DNA of 64,000 bases from Chiloscyllium plagiosum (GCF_004010195.1 NC_057718.1:95854354-95918353); one strand, 5' to 3'. Positions 1-12,045 are shown, numbered from the stretch's first letter. Numbers and translations: made by a program. Notes: generated by a model not told the origin, from the sequence alone.

Positions 1-1022
1 CTGCAGATACATGGAATCAACCTTCATCATTTTCGCCACCTCCAACAGACCCCACCACCAAGGATATATTTCCCTCCCCTCCCCTATCAGTGTTCTGGAA
101 AGACTACTCCCTCCGTGACTCCCTCGTCAGATCCAGATCCCCCACCAACCCAACCTCCACTCCCGGCACCTTCCTCTGGGACCGCAAGAAATGCAAAACT
201 TGCGACCACACCTCCCCACTCACTTCCCTCCACGGCCCTAAGGGATCCTTCCATATCCGTCAGAAATTCACCTGCACCTCCACACACATCATTTACTGCA
301 TCCGCTGCACCCGATGTGGCCTCCAATGCATTGGGGAGACAGGCCGCTTACTTGCATAACGTTTCAGAGAACACCTCTGGGACACCCGCACCAACCAACC
401 CAACCGCCCTGTGGCTGAACACTTTAACTCCTCCTCCCATTCTGTCAAGGACATGCAGATCCTTGACCTCCTCCATCGCCAGACCATGGCAACATGACGC
501 CTGGAGGAAGAGCCACTCATCTTCCGCCTAGGAACCCTCCAACCACAAGGGATGATTGCCGATTTCTCCAGCTTTCTCATTTCCCCTTCTCCCACCTTTT
601 CTCAGTCCCAACCCTCAGATTCAGCACCGCCTTATTGACCTGCAATCTTCTTCCCGACCTCTCTGTCCACCCCTCTCTGCCCTATCACCCTCACCTTAAC
701 CTCCTTCCACCCATCGTATACCCAACGCCCCTCCCCCAATTCCTTCCTCCCTACCTTGTATCTTAGTCTGCTTGGCACATCCTCCTCATTCCTGAAGAAG
801 GGCTTATGCCCGAAACGTCGATTCTCACGCCCCTCCCCCACTTCCTTCCTCCCTACCTTTTATCTCAGCCCGCTTGCCACACCTTCCTCATTCCTGAAGA
901 AGGGCTAATGCCCGAATCGTTGATTCTCCTACTCCTCGGAAGCTGCCTGACCTGCTGCGTTTTTCTAGCAACACATTTTTCAGCTCTGAACTCCAGCATC
1001 TGCAGTCCACCCTTTCTCCTAG
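1..1022 (+). mobile_element. Penelope-like element (PLE family A) 3' fragment: decayed GIY-YIG endonuclease region plus terminal repeat
   Basis: ORF 90..359 reads CKTC...FHIRQKFTCTSTHIIYCIRCTRCGLQCIGETGR (PLE-type GIY-YIG with CxxC). Stops follow. The terminus gatgctgcctgacctgctg...ctccagcatctgcagtcc is shared with many copies in the window. Confidence 0.88.
788..823 (+). ncRNA. Minimal hammerhead ribozyme motif in PLE terminus
   Basis: CTGAAGA(792-798)-A-GGGC-TTAT-GCCC-GAAA-CG-TC(819): intact core, 4-bp helix II, palindromic ACGT helix III, weak helix I. Confidence 0.75.
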
Positions 1023-1039
1023 ACTTTTAATCAGTTAAA

Positions 1040-1152
1040 GAATCAAGGGTTATAGGGAAAAGGCAAGGAAGTGCAGTTGAGAATGATCAGATCAGCCAAC
1101 ATCTCATTGAGTGATGGAGCAGATTTGATGGGCTGAATGGCGTATTTCTGTC
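1040..1152 (+). mobile_element. CR1-type LINE 3' UTR remnant
   Basis: gatcagatcagcc...gatgggctgaatggc tail, shared with 12540-12650, 22810-22915 and 63950-64000. Confidence 0.55.
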
Positions 1153-1244
1153 CTACAGTCCTTGCCCAATCGAATAGAGTTAAATTTAAAGGGGATAAGT
1201 GCAGTCAAAGTTGCCTGGAAGCAAAATCCAAATTGTGTACAGAA

Positions 1245-1570
1245 AGCTCTCCCAGTCTTTTCCCTGGGGTGGAGGAGATCAGAACTGGAGGATATATTTT
1301 GTAGGTGAGAGGAGGAAGATTTGAAAGGGACTCGAGGAGCAACTTTTTCCCACAAAGGGTGATTTGTATATGGAATGAGCTGCCAGAGGAAGTGATAGAT
1401 GCAGGTACAGTTACTTCATTTAAAAGACATTTGGATAGGCACATGAACTGGAAAGGTCTAGAGGGATATGGGCTAAATGCAGTCAAATGGGACTAACGTA
1501 TTTGGGGAACTTGGTCGGCATGGATGGATGGATGGACCGCAGGGTCTGTTTCCATGCTGTGTGACTCTAT
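1245..1570 (+). mobile_element. CR1 LINE 3' end
   Basis: RGGRFERDSRSNFFPQRVICIWNELPEEVIDAGTVTSFKRHLDRHMN is the CR1 ORF2 C-terminus, followed by the tail gggtctgtttccatgctgtgtgactcta. Confidence 0.88.
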
Positions 1571-1619
1571 AATAACAAATAAAAGGTTTTAACCAATCTG
1601 CTCACTTGATGTGAGTTTA

Positions 1620-1935
1620 GGGCTCAGTAGTTAGCACTGCTGCCTCACAGTACCAGGGACCTGGGTTCGATTCCAGCCTCGGGTGACTGTCTGTGTGGAG
1701 TTTGCACATTCTCCCAGTGTCTGCGTGGGTTTCTCTGGGTGCCCTGGTTTGCTCTCACAGTCCAAAGAGTTGGTGGTCAGGTGAATTGGCCTTGCTAAAT
1801 TGCCCATAGTGATAGGTGTGTTAGTAAGGGGTATATATAGGGTAGCGGAATGGGTCTGGGTGGGTTACACTTCAGAGGGTCGGTGTGGACTTGATGGGCT
1901 GAAGGGCCTGTTTCCACTCTGTGGGGAATCTAATC
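1620..1935 (+). mobile_element. HE1-like tRNA-derived V-SINE
   Basis: A box ggctcagtag, B box ggttcgattcc, V-domain gtgtggagtttgcacattctccc...ctaaattgccc, CR1-like tail gggcctgtttccac. Confidence 0.88.
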
Positions 1936-1939
1936 AACC

Positions 1940-2125
1940 ATAAATATTGGCCACAGGAAGAGTGAGATTCCCCCATGCTCTTCTTGGAAGAAGAACTATA
2001 GGATCTTGCAAGTTGATTGTGGCTTCAGTTTACCATTTCTGCTGCAAGGCAGTTATCTGACAGTGCAGCACTCCCTCTGAACTGCATTGCTAGAGTAGAT
2101 TATACATTTCAGTCTCTGGACTGCC
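1940..2125 (-). mobile_element. Deu-domain SINE (SacSINE1/AmnSINE1-like) remnant
   Basis: Reverse strand has gagggagtgctgcactgtcaga...ggccaatatttat, resembling the Deu domain. Confidence 0.55.
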
Positions 2126-2212
2126 GCTGAAACCAATGGTCAGAGTCACGAGTATCTCCAAAGCTGACACCAGATGGTAGCAATTTCTTTTCATACATTT
2201 AGGTAATAGATA

Positions 2213-2520
2213 CAGAATCCCTACAGTATGGAAACAGGCCCTCCAGCCCAACCCGACCCTCTGAAGAGTAACCCACCCAGACCCATTCCCCAACATTGCA
2301 CCCCTGACTAATGTACCTAACCTACACGTCCCTGAACACTATGGGCAATTTAGCATGGCCAATTCACCTAACCTGCAAACCTTTGGATTGTGGGAGGAAA
2401 CTGGAGCAAACCCACGCAGACACAGGGAAAATATGCAAATTCCACACAGACAGTCACCCGAGGCTAGAATTGAGCATGGGTCCCTGGCGCTGTGAGGCAA
2501 CAGTGCTAATGAGCCACTAC
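2213..2520 (-). mobile_element. HE1-like V-SINE
   Basis: Reverse complement of the 1620-1935 type element. Confidence 0.88.
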
Positions 2521-2559
2521 GGTCAGGTAGGTGAGCCCTGCTCGGCTTGGCTATAAGAT

Positions 2560-2810
2560 CCACAGATTCCCTCCCCTCTGAGAGAAGAAATTCCTCCTCA
2601 TCTCTGGATTAAATGTATGACCCCTTACTTTGAGATTTTACCCTCTGGTTCCAGGCTCTCCCGCCAGGTGAAACAACTTTTCCGCATCCAACATGTCATT
2701 CTGCTAAGAACCTTGAATGTTTCAATTAGGGTTTCCTCTCATTCTCCTAAACGCCAATGAGTTCAGACCCAAACTATTCAACATCTCTTCATTAGAAAAT
2801 CCGTCTATAT
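2560..2810 (-). mobile_element. CR1 LINE fragment
   Basis: gagagaagaaattcctcctcatctc...cctctcattctcctaaac is an antisense CR1 ORF2 3' region. Confidence 0.65.
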
Positions 2811-2865
2811 ACAGACAGTAGGTGACTGAAGATAAAATCTGCTTGCCAGATGCATTAGCTGTAAG

Positions 2866-3260
2866 AAAAAACAGAAGTTGCTGGAAAAGCTCAACAGGTT
2901 CAGAAGCATCTGTGAAGAGAAATCAGAGTTAATGTTTTGGTTCTGGTGACCCTTCCTAAGTGGTAGCTCAGAAAATGTCAGTTTATTTGCAGAGGATAGG
3001 GTTGGGAAAGGGGAGCGGTAAGGAGTAAAAATAGGTGGGGATAGAGCCCAGAGACGGAGAAGACAGTTGGACAGACAAAGGATTGATAACGATCTGGATG
3101 AGAGGGGGAATAGCTGTTAATGGAGACTGTTAGTGGCTAATGATAGGTACTGGCAGACTATGTGATAACAAGGCTTAGTGGGTGGGGTAGGGAGCTAGGA
3201 CATGGGAGAGTTCAGGCCCTAAAATTATTGAACTTGGTATTGAGTCTGGTTGTAAGGTTG
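2866..3260 (-). mobile_element. PLE family B terminal fragment with degenerate hammerhead
   Basis: aaaacagaagttgctggaaaagctcaacagg terminus. Reverse strand cttaggaagggtcaccagaacccaaaacattaac is a decayed CUGAGGA...GAAACGUU. Confidence 0.6.
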
Positions 3261-3454
3261 TTGCATAGATGATTTAGAATTTGTTTCGGTTGGTGATGAC
3301 ATGCATTGATGAATAGGCTGGTGTCTTAGTCGAAGCTGAGTGTGAAAGGAACAGATGCAGAAATACAATAGAAGTTGCAACAATCAAATCACCTAGTGTT
3401 AAGAAAAGGCTGACAGTAAGATTGCCAAAGTAACAACTCAACCACAATGGGAAG

Positions 3455-4428
3455 AAGACCAAGTTTAATTTAGATAAATGTGAGGTGCTGAATTTTGGAA
3501 AGGTAAATCAAGGCAGGGTTTAGATCAGAGTGGTGCTGGAAAAGCACAGCAGGTCAGGCAGCATCAGAGGAGCAGGAAAATCAATGTTTCGGGCAAAAGC
3601 CCTTCAAAAAACTTCTCAACCTTCACAACATCTTTCCCATAGGAGGGAGACCAGAATTGAACGCAATATTCTATTAGAGGCCTAATCAATGTCCTGTTTA
3701 GCCACAAGATGACCTCCCAACTCCTATACTCAATGCACTGACCAATAAAGGAAAGCATACCAAATGCCTTCTTCACTATCCTATCTACCTGCGACTCGAC
3801 TTTCAAGGAGCTATGAATCTACAATCCAAGATCTCCTTGTTCAGGAACCCTCCCTAGGACCTTACCATTAAGTATATAGGTCCTGCCTTGATTTAGGCAA
3901 AAGTGAGAACTGCAGATGCTGGAATCCAAAGTAGACAGGCAGGACGCTGGAAGAACACAGCAAGCCAGGCAGCATCAGGAGGTGGAGAAGTGGTGAAGAG
4001 CTTGAGCTATAGGGAGAGGCTGAATAGGCTTGGGCTGTTTTCCCTGGAGCCTCGGAGGCTGAGGGGTGACCTTATAGAGGTTTATAAAATCATGAGGGGC
4101 ATGGATAGGGTAAATAGACAAAGTCTCTTCCCTGGGGTCGGGGAGTCCAGGACATGAGGGCATAGTTTTAGGGTGAGAGAGGAAAGATATAAAAGGGACC
4201 TAAGGGGCAACTTTTTCACTCAGAGGGTAGTAAGTGTATGGAATGAGCTGCCAGAGGAAGTGGAGGAGGCTGGTACAATTGTAACATGGGTATATGAATA
4301 GGAAGGGTTTGGAGGGATATGGGCCGGGTGCTGGCAGGTGGGACTAGATTGGGTTGGGCTATCTGGTCGGCATGGACGACTTGGACCGAAGGGTCTGTTT
4401 CCGTGCTGTACTATGACTCCATGTCTCT
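3455..4428. mobile_element. Rearranged CR1 LINE (+ 3455-3518, - 3607-3893, + 3992-4428) with PLE termini at the junctions
   Basis: KVESQVDRIVKKAFG...EYCVQFWSPSYGKDVVK on minus. SLSYRERLNRLGLFSLEPRRLRGDLIEVYKIMRG on plus. Confidence 0.85.
3520..3606 (-). mobile_element. PLE family A terminal fragment
   Basis: gagtggtgctggaaaagcacagcaggtcaggcagcatc...tttcgggcaaaagcccttca, truncated inside the hammerhead core. Confidence 0.8.
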
Positions 4429-5135
4429 AAGTCAATGTTTTGGGTGTAACTCTTCTTCAGGAATGCAGGTGGGGGTAGGAGGAGCTGCATATAGAGAGGG
4501 GGGAGGTTTGGGTGGGGAGAGGGATGGAACTGTGAGGTAGTGACGGTGAACACAGGTGGTGGGTACGACCTGGTTGGTCAATGGGATGGATGAATACAGT
4601 TGGTAGTTGGAGGGAAGGGTTGGTCGGGGGGAATGGAAGGGAGGAGGTGGGGCTGGAAGCAGAGTCAGGGGGTGGGTGGGAAGATTATTTGAAATTGGAG
4701 AACTCAACGTTGAGTCCTCCAGGCTGTAGGCTGGCTAGGCGGAAAACAAAGTGTTGTTCCTCCAATTTGCAGTCTGAGGCAATGGAGGAGGCTGAGGATG
4801 GTCCTGTCCGGAAAGGGAGTGGGAAGGGGAATTGAAATGGGCCGTGACCGGGAGGTCAGGCTAGTTCTTACTGGCCCAGCTGAGATGCTCGGTGAGTCAT
4901 TCCCTAAGTTTGCATTCGGTCTCCCCGAAGTAGAGAAGACCACAGCGGGAGCACCTGATAGAGTAAACTAGGTTGGAGGAGAGGCAGGTGAACCTCTGTC
5001 TCACCTGGAAGGACTGTTTGGGGCCCTGGATGGAGGTGAGGGGCGTGGTGTACCAGCAGGTTTTGCATCTTTTACAGTTGTAGGGGTAGATACTGAGGGG
5101 GTCGGGGGGGTTTGGTGGTGTGAACTAAGAGGAAG
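3895..5135 (-). mobile_element. PLE (GIY-YIG region plus terminus) interrupted by CR1 at 3992-4428
   Basis: Terminus 3895-3991 resumes at about 4429. Reverse strand near 4920-5035 encodes QGPKQSFQVRQRFTCLSSNLVYSIRCSRCGLLYFGET. Confidence 0.8.
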
Positions 5136-5139
5136 TGGT

Positions 5140-5310
5140 GATGACAACATTGAAAAGGCATCTGGATGGGTATATGAATAGGAAGGGTTTAGAGGGATAT
5201 GGGCCAAATGCTGGAAAATGGGACTAGATTATTTTCTCGGATATCTGGTCGGCATGGACGAGTTGGACCAAAGGGTTTGTTTCCATGGCTTACATCTTGA
5301 TGACTCTAAG
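5140..5310 (+). mobile_element. CR1 3' end
   Basis: ggcatctggatgggtatatgaataggaagggtttagagggatatgggcc...gactcta. Confidence 0.85.
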
Positions 5311-7319
5311 AAATATAAAGGGGAGGCAGCTGCAATATGCATAAAAAAACTTGCCACGTCTGCAAAACGATTACAGAGGAAGAAGATAAAAGTGCAAGCT
5401 TGGGGATCCCGAATGCAGATTCTCCCCCTCCGAAGCTCAGCTATTTCAAGGGGTAGATCACTTTGTATAAACCAGACCAGTGCAATTCAAACAGCGCTGT
5501 CAATTAATGCCTTCAATCATTTGGAAACCAGACACTGGTCATAATTGAATGCTTCTACATGTGTAATTAGTTTGGTGTGCTGTGAGTTACAGAACTTGCT
5601 TCACTGAAAGACTCCAAGTCGAATTGTACGTAATAAGAGCCTATTTTGGGAGGAAGGAAAATGCATTTCCAGTAAGAAGGAAGAGGCGGAGAGTATTTAG
5701 TATTGTACAAAAGCCCTCTGCTTGCCTTTGCAGCTAGCTTGCTGATTTGCCTGCCCCTCAATCCCAATTGACAGAGTCTTAATCATCCCAGGCAGCCCGG
5801 TAGGTCAGCTCAGTTGAAATACCCTAATCTGGCAAACTATACAGAGCACTGGAGATAGGCGTATGGTAAATTATACACTGACCTAATCCAGCTGTGCTTC
5901 CTGGGAAGAGGAGCAATTAACCAATCCAAATGGATGGAAAACTCCAGCAACCAAACTGGATAGAACAAGTATTGACAGCATTTGAGAAGCTGTGAATATG
6001 AGGTAATAATCAGTTTCTCAGGAAGAGAGCATTTTATAACCATGAGTAGCAGGCAAATTTCCAATTCCGTGGTGAGCTGAATTAGATTATCTTCAATTAA
6101 TCACTAAGTGTCTGCATTTGGATACATCAGGCCCAATTAGACTTGTCCTTTGAAAAGAAAGCTCTGTGTTTGCATCTCATCCCTTCCTGCGGTGCACTAT
6201 TTTGACAGGTCCACAAAACTGGCTGTTACTCAGGGCTGAATGTTGCCACTTTCATATGAAATGGAGAAAAAAAAATCCTATTGACTGATGTCTGGATCAA
6301 GCAATTTGAAGGTTTCTGCACCTGTTTCTCATGGGCAAAATGGCTGCCTAAGCATCCAATATGGTGAATCTGGCCCTCCTTAATGAAGGCAGAAAAGGAG
6401 GTGTTCAGAGTCAATGCTCAAAACAAACATTAGACTAATGTATACCTTCCAAAATCTAATAGCCCCTTGTCAGTAAGGTCTCTTTTTAAAAATTAATTAA
6501 ATTTTAATTTACTTGAATGTAGAGCTGGGAGGTGCAGGAGGCATTGAATTCTTTTAAGGAACAAGAATTATAGGCTTGAGTTTTCACACAGGTGAAGAAA
6601 CTGCATCTTCGCGAAAAATGGCGCAGAGGACCAGGTGTGTGGGGAGGTGAAGTATAAGGGCTGGACGGTCGTATCTTTTCTACTACTTTCTCAAGGCTGT
6701 ACTGAAGCCCACCGAGTCCTGAGACTGGCCTTTTACCCCGAGCACTTCCACAGCAAGGACCCTCCAAAACCTCATCAAGAGCAGCAGCCACAGCTAACCT
6801 CCCCGCCAGAATGAAAATCCCAATCTCCGCTGCAGTCTTTCCCAGGTCAGGTATGAGGAGCCAGGAGTAAAAAGATTCAGCCATAAAGATCGGATTCAAG
6901 GATATCTACATGGGAGAAGAATCATTGCCCAACTTAGGGCTTCATCCCACTGCTGCTTGTACTAACACAGCAGTGTATGGTGGCCATTGGTATGTAAGGA
7001 GGATGGCATGCAAATCCATGTCTGGTTGTTTGCGATTTCCTGATTGAGGGGGGAGGATTCCTGAATATGGGATATACTATCTGGGGCAGGGGGGTGGGGG
7101 TGGGGGGGAGGTTGGCAGTTGAAGAGAGCTGACCCCTCCCTCCTGTTGCGTCCAACATCCACATTTGGTAAATCTCAACTTTCAGTGTTTATACAAACTT
7201 TCAGTGTTGGTACAAAGGAATATTTTGAAGCGTTGCCTCAAAACAAATCTCTTATTGAGTTTTGGCGAGATGTTACTCATGCCCCCCCTACACATTCACA
7301 GCACAGAGGTAAGAATGAT

Positions 7320-7958
7320 TGGAGGGTGTCAAGCTCCTGGGAGTGGTCATCCACAACAAGCTTTTTTGCACACTTCATGTGGACGCACTGGTTACAAAGG
7401 CCCAACAACGCCTCTTCTTCCTCAGGCAGCTGGAAAATTTGGCATGATGACGAATGCCCTTTGCCAAATTTTATAGGTGCACCATCGAGAGCATCCTGCC
7501 TGGATGTATCACTACCTGGTATGGCAACTGTACCATTCAAGATCGGAGACGGTTACAGAGAGTGGGGAACTCGGCCCGGACAATCACAAAGGCCAACCTC
7601 CCATCTATACCTTCCATCACCCAGGCCCGCTGTCAAGGAAAGGCCGCCAGCATTCTCAAAGATCCGTCCCAACCTGGCAATGTTTTTCTACAACCTCTAC
7701 CATCGGGGAGAAGGTACAGAAGCCTGAACACACGCACCAGCCGGTTTTGAAACAGTTTCTACCCTACAGTTTTTAGAATACTGAATGGACTCACAAACTC
7801 TTAATATTCGCCTGTATCTGTGTTTTTGTTTTTGCCGCTGATTACCTATTATTTACTATCTATGCTACTTAACTCTGTGACCTGTCTGTATTACTCGCAA
7901 GACAAAGCTTTTCACTGTGCCTCGGTACATGTGACAATAAATTCAAATCAATTCAAAA
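7320..7958 (+). mobile_element. Rex1/Babar-type LINE 3' portion
   Basis: AQQRLFFLRQL...FYRCTIESILPGCITTWYGNCTIQDRRRLQRV...ILKDPSQPG...LPSGRRYRSLNTRTSRF (DUF1891-like region). Tail ttttcactgtgcctcggtacatgtgacaataaattcaaatc. Confidence 0.82.
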
Positions 7959-8024
7959 AGTAAGGCCATCATACATTTGAGCAACTCATGGAGAAAGTTA
8001 GTGAAGGCTTGTACTTTGAGTTAT

Positions 8025-8326
8025 GGTCATAGAGATGTACAGCATGGAAATAGACCCTTCGGTCCAACTCGTCCATGCTGACCAGATATCCCAACCTAAT
8101 CTTGTCCCATTTGACAGCATTTGGCGCATATCCCTCCAAACCTTTCCTATTCATATACCCATTCAGGTGCCTTTTAAATGTTGTCATTGTACCAGCCTCC
8201 ACCACTTCCTCTGGCAGCTCATTTCATACACACACATCACCCTTTGGGTGGAAAAGTTGCCTCTTAGTCCCTTTTAAATTTGCCCCTCTCACCCTAAACC
8301 TATGCCCTCTAGTTCTGGACTCCCCT
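8025..8326 (-). mobile_element. CR1 3' end
   Basis: VEAGTMTTFKRHLNGYMNRKGLEGY on the minus strand, plus tail. Confidence 0.88.
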
Positions 8327-8524
8327 TGTTTGAACCAATATAGACAAATCAATGTGGTGATTATCAAACAAATGCCCCTCTGAGCAAATAGATGTTAAGA
8401 CAGACAACTAAAAGTTTGTTTAAAGACATAGCCTGTAAGGAGTACCTTAAAGGAAGAGAGAGTGGGAGACATAAAGAGGTATTGCTCAGAGTACCAGAGT
8501 TGGGACATTATATAGAGGTTGTAA

Positions 8525-9078
8525 TGGGTTTTGGTGAGGCCTGTTGTGTATATCCAGTTCTGGTATCCTTGTTATAGGAAGGATATTTTTAAGCTGGAGA
8601 GGATTCACAAGAGATTTACCAGGATGTTGCCAGAAATGGAGGCTTTGAGTTATAAAGAATGGCTGGATAGGCTGGGACTTATTCACTGAAGCATAGGATG
8701 TTGAGATGTGACCTTATAGAGGTTTATGAAATCATGAGGGGTATAGAACAGGTGAATGGCAGGTGTCTTTTCCCTTGGGTGAGGGATTTCAAGACTAGGA
8801 GACATATTTTTTAAGGTGAGAGGAATAAGATTCAAAAAGGACATGAGAGTGGTTTACGCAGAGAGTGATTCGTGTATGGAATGGAGTTCCAGAGGAAGTG
8901 GAGGATGAGGGTACAGTTACAACAACTAAAAGACATTTGGATAAGTACATGAATAAGAAATGTTTGGAGTTGTATGGATCAAGAGCAGGATGGTGGGACT
9001 AGTTTAGTTTGCGATTATGTTTGGCATGGACTGGTTGAATGTAAGGGTCTATTCCTGTGCTGTATGATTCTATGACTT
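8525..9078 (+). mobile_element. CR1 3' portion, nested in an L2-like remnant (about 8350-8510 and 9080-9200, minus)
   Basis: ttggtgaggcc...ccagttctgg...gaccttatagaggtttat...tgtatgattctatgac. Confidence 0.85.
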
Positions 9079-10084
9079 TAGGTAGATAGATTTGGGGGGA
9101 GAATTTCAGAGTTTAGGGCCAGAGATTGGAAGGAAGACTACCAATACTGGAATGAAGGGAAGTAGGTAATGTAGCAGAGGCTAGAATTGGAGTTAACCAA
9201 TTGTAACAGCAGCTGTGCGCTTGCAAGAATATCTTTAACAAAGACAGAGCCAGCACTGCTTTGTGTAATCTAGGCACGTAAAGCTTTACAAAGTTGTTAC
9301 TCCAACTTGAAGAGACTTATGAACTTAGTGAACCACATTTTCATGATTACATCTGTGGCAGCAATAAATAGAATAAAGGCTTTTAAGAGTGAGAGTGAAA
9401 CCTGTCACCCATTGGTTTTGAACACACACCTTCACCTTCCACAATCCTCCACCCCCTACAATAAGAGTCCACTGCTGCAAAACACTGTTGAATCCCCAAA
9501 AAAAGGCATGAGAAGTGATTAGAGCTGTTTGATTTTAACCTATATCAAAGCAACATTTACATGAATGCTGGAATTTGATTTGAGGTAACTTGCACAGGAA
9601 TCTGATTATTTTGTTCTGATTCAAGGGTTTGCTTATTTTTATAGTTATGTCACTGTTCATCAGCAGATTTCTTAAAAATCTTTTCAAATTCATTCATAAC
9701 AAACACCTTCTCTCTTTCATTGGCCCTATTCAAGACCTGGCTTTTTGTTATGTTACTATGCTTTCTCAGAAGGTAAACTTTAACCTGCGATTCTATGTGC
9801 CACCCCGCCCTTCACTCGGGGGGCATCGTAGTCTAATCTAAATGGCAGATGTACGGGCATCAGCTCCAGTGCAAAAACTGAGCAGTACACCCCACTCCCA
9901 CACCCTTGAAGCCTGAGATATTGAAGTCAGTTTTAGCAATTGCATTACTCCCCTGACTGATTCTATCAACCCTGCGCAGTGTAGAATCAAAGACCATTTC
10001 TGCTTGTTATATATGGCCCAATGCTTCACTCCACTGATCTAATTTAGATGAGACTGAGATTGCCACACCTTAAAATCTCTAGCA

Positions 10085-10555
10085 TCACCAACAATAACAT
10101 ATATTTATACAGTGCATTTAACTGAATGCAGCAGAGCCAAGCACTTCACTGGTGAATTATAGCAGAAGGTATAACATTGAGCTATACAAGTGAGGTAAAT
10201 ATTTTTGATTGGCAAAATCAGCAAAGCCTAGTTGGATGACCAGAGGATTAATAAATGAGTTAGGTTTTAAGGAGTATCCAGAAAGAGAAAGGGAAGGTTG
10301 AGAAATAGCATTTTGTCAGGAGGGTAGCGCAGAGCTTACGACCTATCAACATCTGGCACGTCCATCAATGGTGGAACGATTATAGGGTACATAAGAGGCC
10401 GGAATTAGAGGAGCTGAGATATCTTGGAGGAGCTGGATGTTACTTTGAAGCTAAGATGTTACTTGACCGGGAGCCAATGTAGGTGAGCAAGCGCAGGGTT
10501 GATGGAGAAGGAAACTTAGTGCAAGTTAAGACACAAGCAGCAGTGTTAGGATCAT
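10085..10555 (-). mobile_element. L2-type LINE 3' remnant
   Basis: aacatatatttatacagtgcatttaac...ggttttaaggag...gggagccaatgtaggtgagcaagc; degenerate antisense L2 end. Confidence 0.55.
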
Positions 10556-10644
10556 GAAGTCTAAACATCCAGCCCTAAGACTTGCAATTGGAATTCCTTG
10601 CTCAATCCTTTGCGTTGGTCAGTCATATTGAGGTTGTAAATTGA

Positions 10645-11155
10645 TGTGCCCAGTTCTGGTCACCCTGTTATGGGAAGGATATTATTAAGCTAGAGAGAGT
10701 TCCGAGAAGATTTACCAGAACGTTGCCGGGTATGGAAGGTTTGCATTATAAAGAATGGCTGGATAGGTCAGGACTTTTTACACTGGAACATAGGAGGTTG
10801 AGAGGTTTATAAAATCATGAGGGGTATAGATAGGATTAATGATTGGGGCCTTTTCCCTAAGTTGAGGCATTTCAAGACTGGGGGTACTTTTTAAAATGAG
10901 AGGAGAGAGATTTAAAAAAGTCATGAGAGGCAACTTTTTTACACAGAGGTTGGTTGCGTGTGGAATGAACTTTCTGAGGAAACAGTGGATGTGGGCACAG
11001 TTATAACATTTAAAAGACACTTGGACAAGTCCATGAATAGGAAGGGTTTGGAGGGACGTGGGCCAGGAGCAGGCAGGTGGGACTAGTTTAGTTTGGGATC
11101 ATGTTTGACCTGGTTGGACCGAAGGGTCTGTTCCCGTGCTGTATGACCCCATGGC
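10645..11155 (+). mobile_element. CR1 3' portion
   Basis: ccagttctggtcaccctgttatgggaaggat...gaggtttataaaatcatgagggg...gggtctgttcccgtgctgtatgac. Confidence 0.87.
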
Positions 11156-11724
11156 TTTTTGACTCTGCCTTCTCTCATCCAGTTATTGCATGATGCGATA
11201 AAAGTGGAGCTGTGGGATGCATGACAAATCTGTCAGAATCTTAAATTTCCTATTTTGTTTTTCACTTCTCAATCTGCAGCACTAACATGCTATTTTGCTA
11301 TGTCAGTGAAAGGCTTGGGTTTAACTATGTGTACAGTCAGATTTGAATTTACATATTTTTAAATCCAAGAGCAAGATTTGGGAAAGTGACCAGTTTTAAA
11401 AATAAAATCTGATATGATTCAGTAAATTTACAGTAATTTAGTCTTGGGATTCAGATGATGACATACCTCAGAGTTCAGTCTTGTGGTTTATGATGCCATC
11501 TGTGTCTTTTCAGTTGAATGCTCCCTTGTAATTCAGTGAAAGGTCTATTGACCTGCCCGGGATTTGCCGAGTAGTATCATTCCACACCACTGTTTCTTTC
11601 CCGTGAGTGTAATTTTAGCTCCAGTTTTAACTATCATTAACATTTTTATCTCTATGTTGTATTTAGATCATTGTCCTGATAGAAGGACTGGTTAGGAAAA
11701 GATTTAACTTAATCTTCAGCCTGA

Positions 11725-12045
11725 ACACGGTGGCACAGCGGTTATTGCTGCTGCCTCAGGGGACCAGGGTTGAATTCTAGCCTCAGGCACCTGTCTGTGT
11801 GGAGTTTGCATGTTCTCCTCGTGTTCTGCATGTGCTTTCTCCAGGTGCTCTGGTTTCCTCCCACAATCCAAAGGTTAGGTGAATTGGCCATGCTAAATGG
11901 TGTATAGTGTTCAGGGATGTGTAGGTTAAGTGCATTAGTTAGGGGTACAATGTCAGGGAATGGGTTTGGGTGGATTACTCTTCAGAGGGTTAGTGTGGAC
12001 TTGAGCGAAATGAACTGTTTCCACACTGTAGGGATTCTATGATTC
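11725..12045 (+). mobile_element. HE1-like V-SINE
   Basis: acggtggcacagcgg head, V-domain, tail tgtttccacactgtagggattctatg. Confidence 0.85.

Noticed and set aside
1620..1680. tRNA gene suggested by A and B boxes (also at other SINE heads)
   Set aside because: It continues into the V-domain and a LINE-derived tail, so it is a SINE head.
7119..7727. 202-aa ORF
   Set aside because: An off-frame read through a Rex1/Babar remnant. The recognisable frame is 7454..7750.
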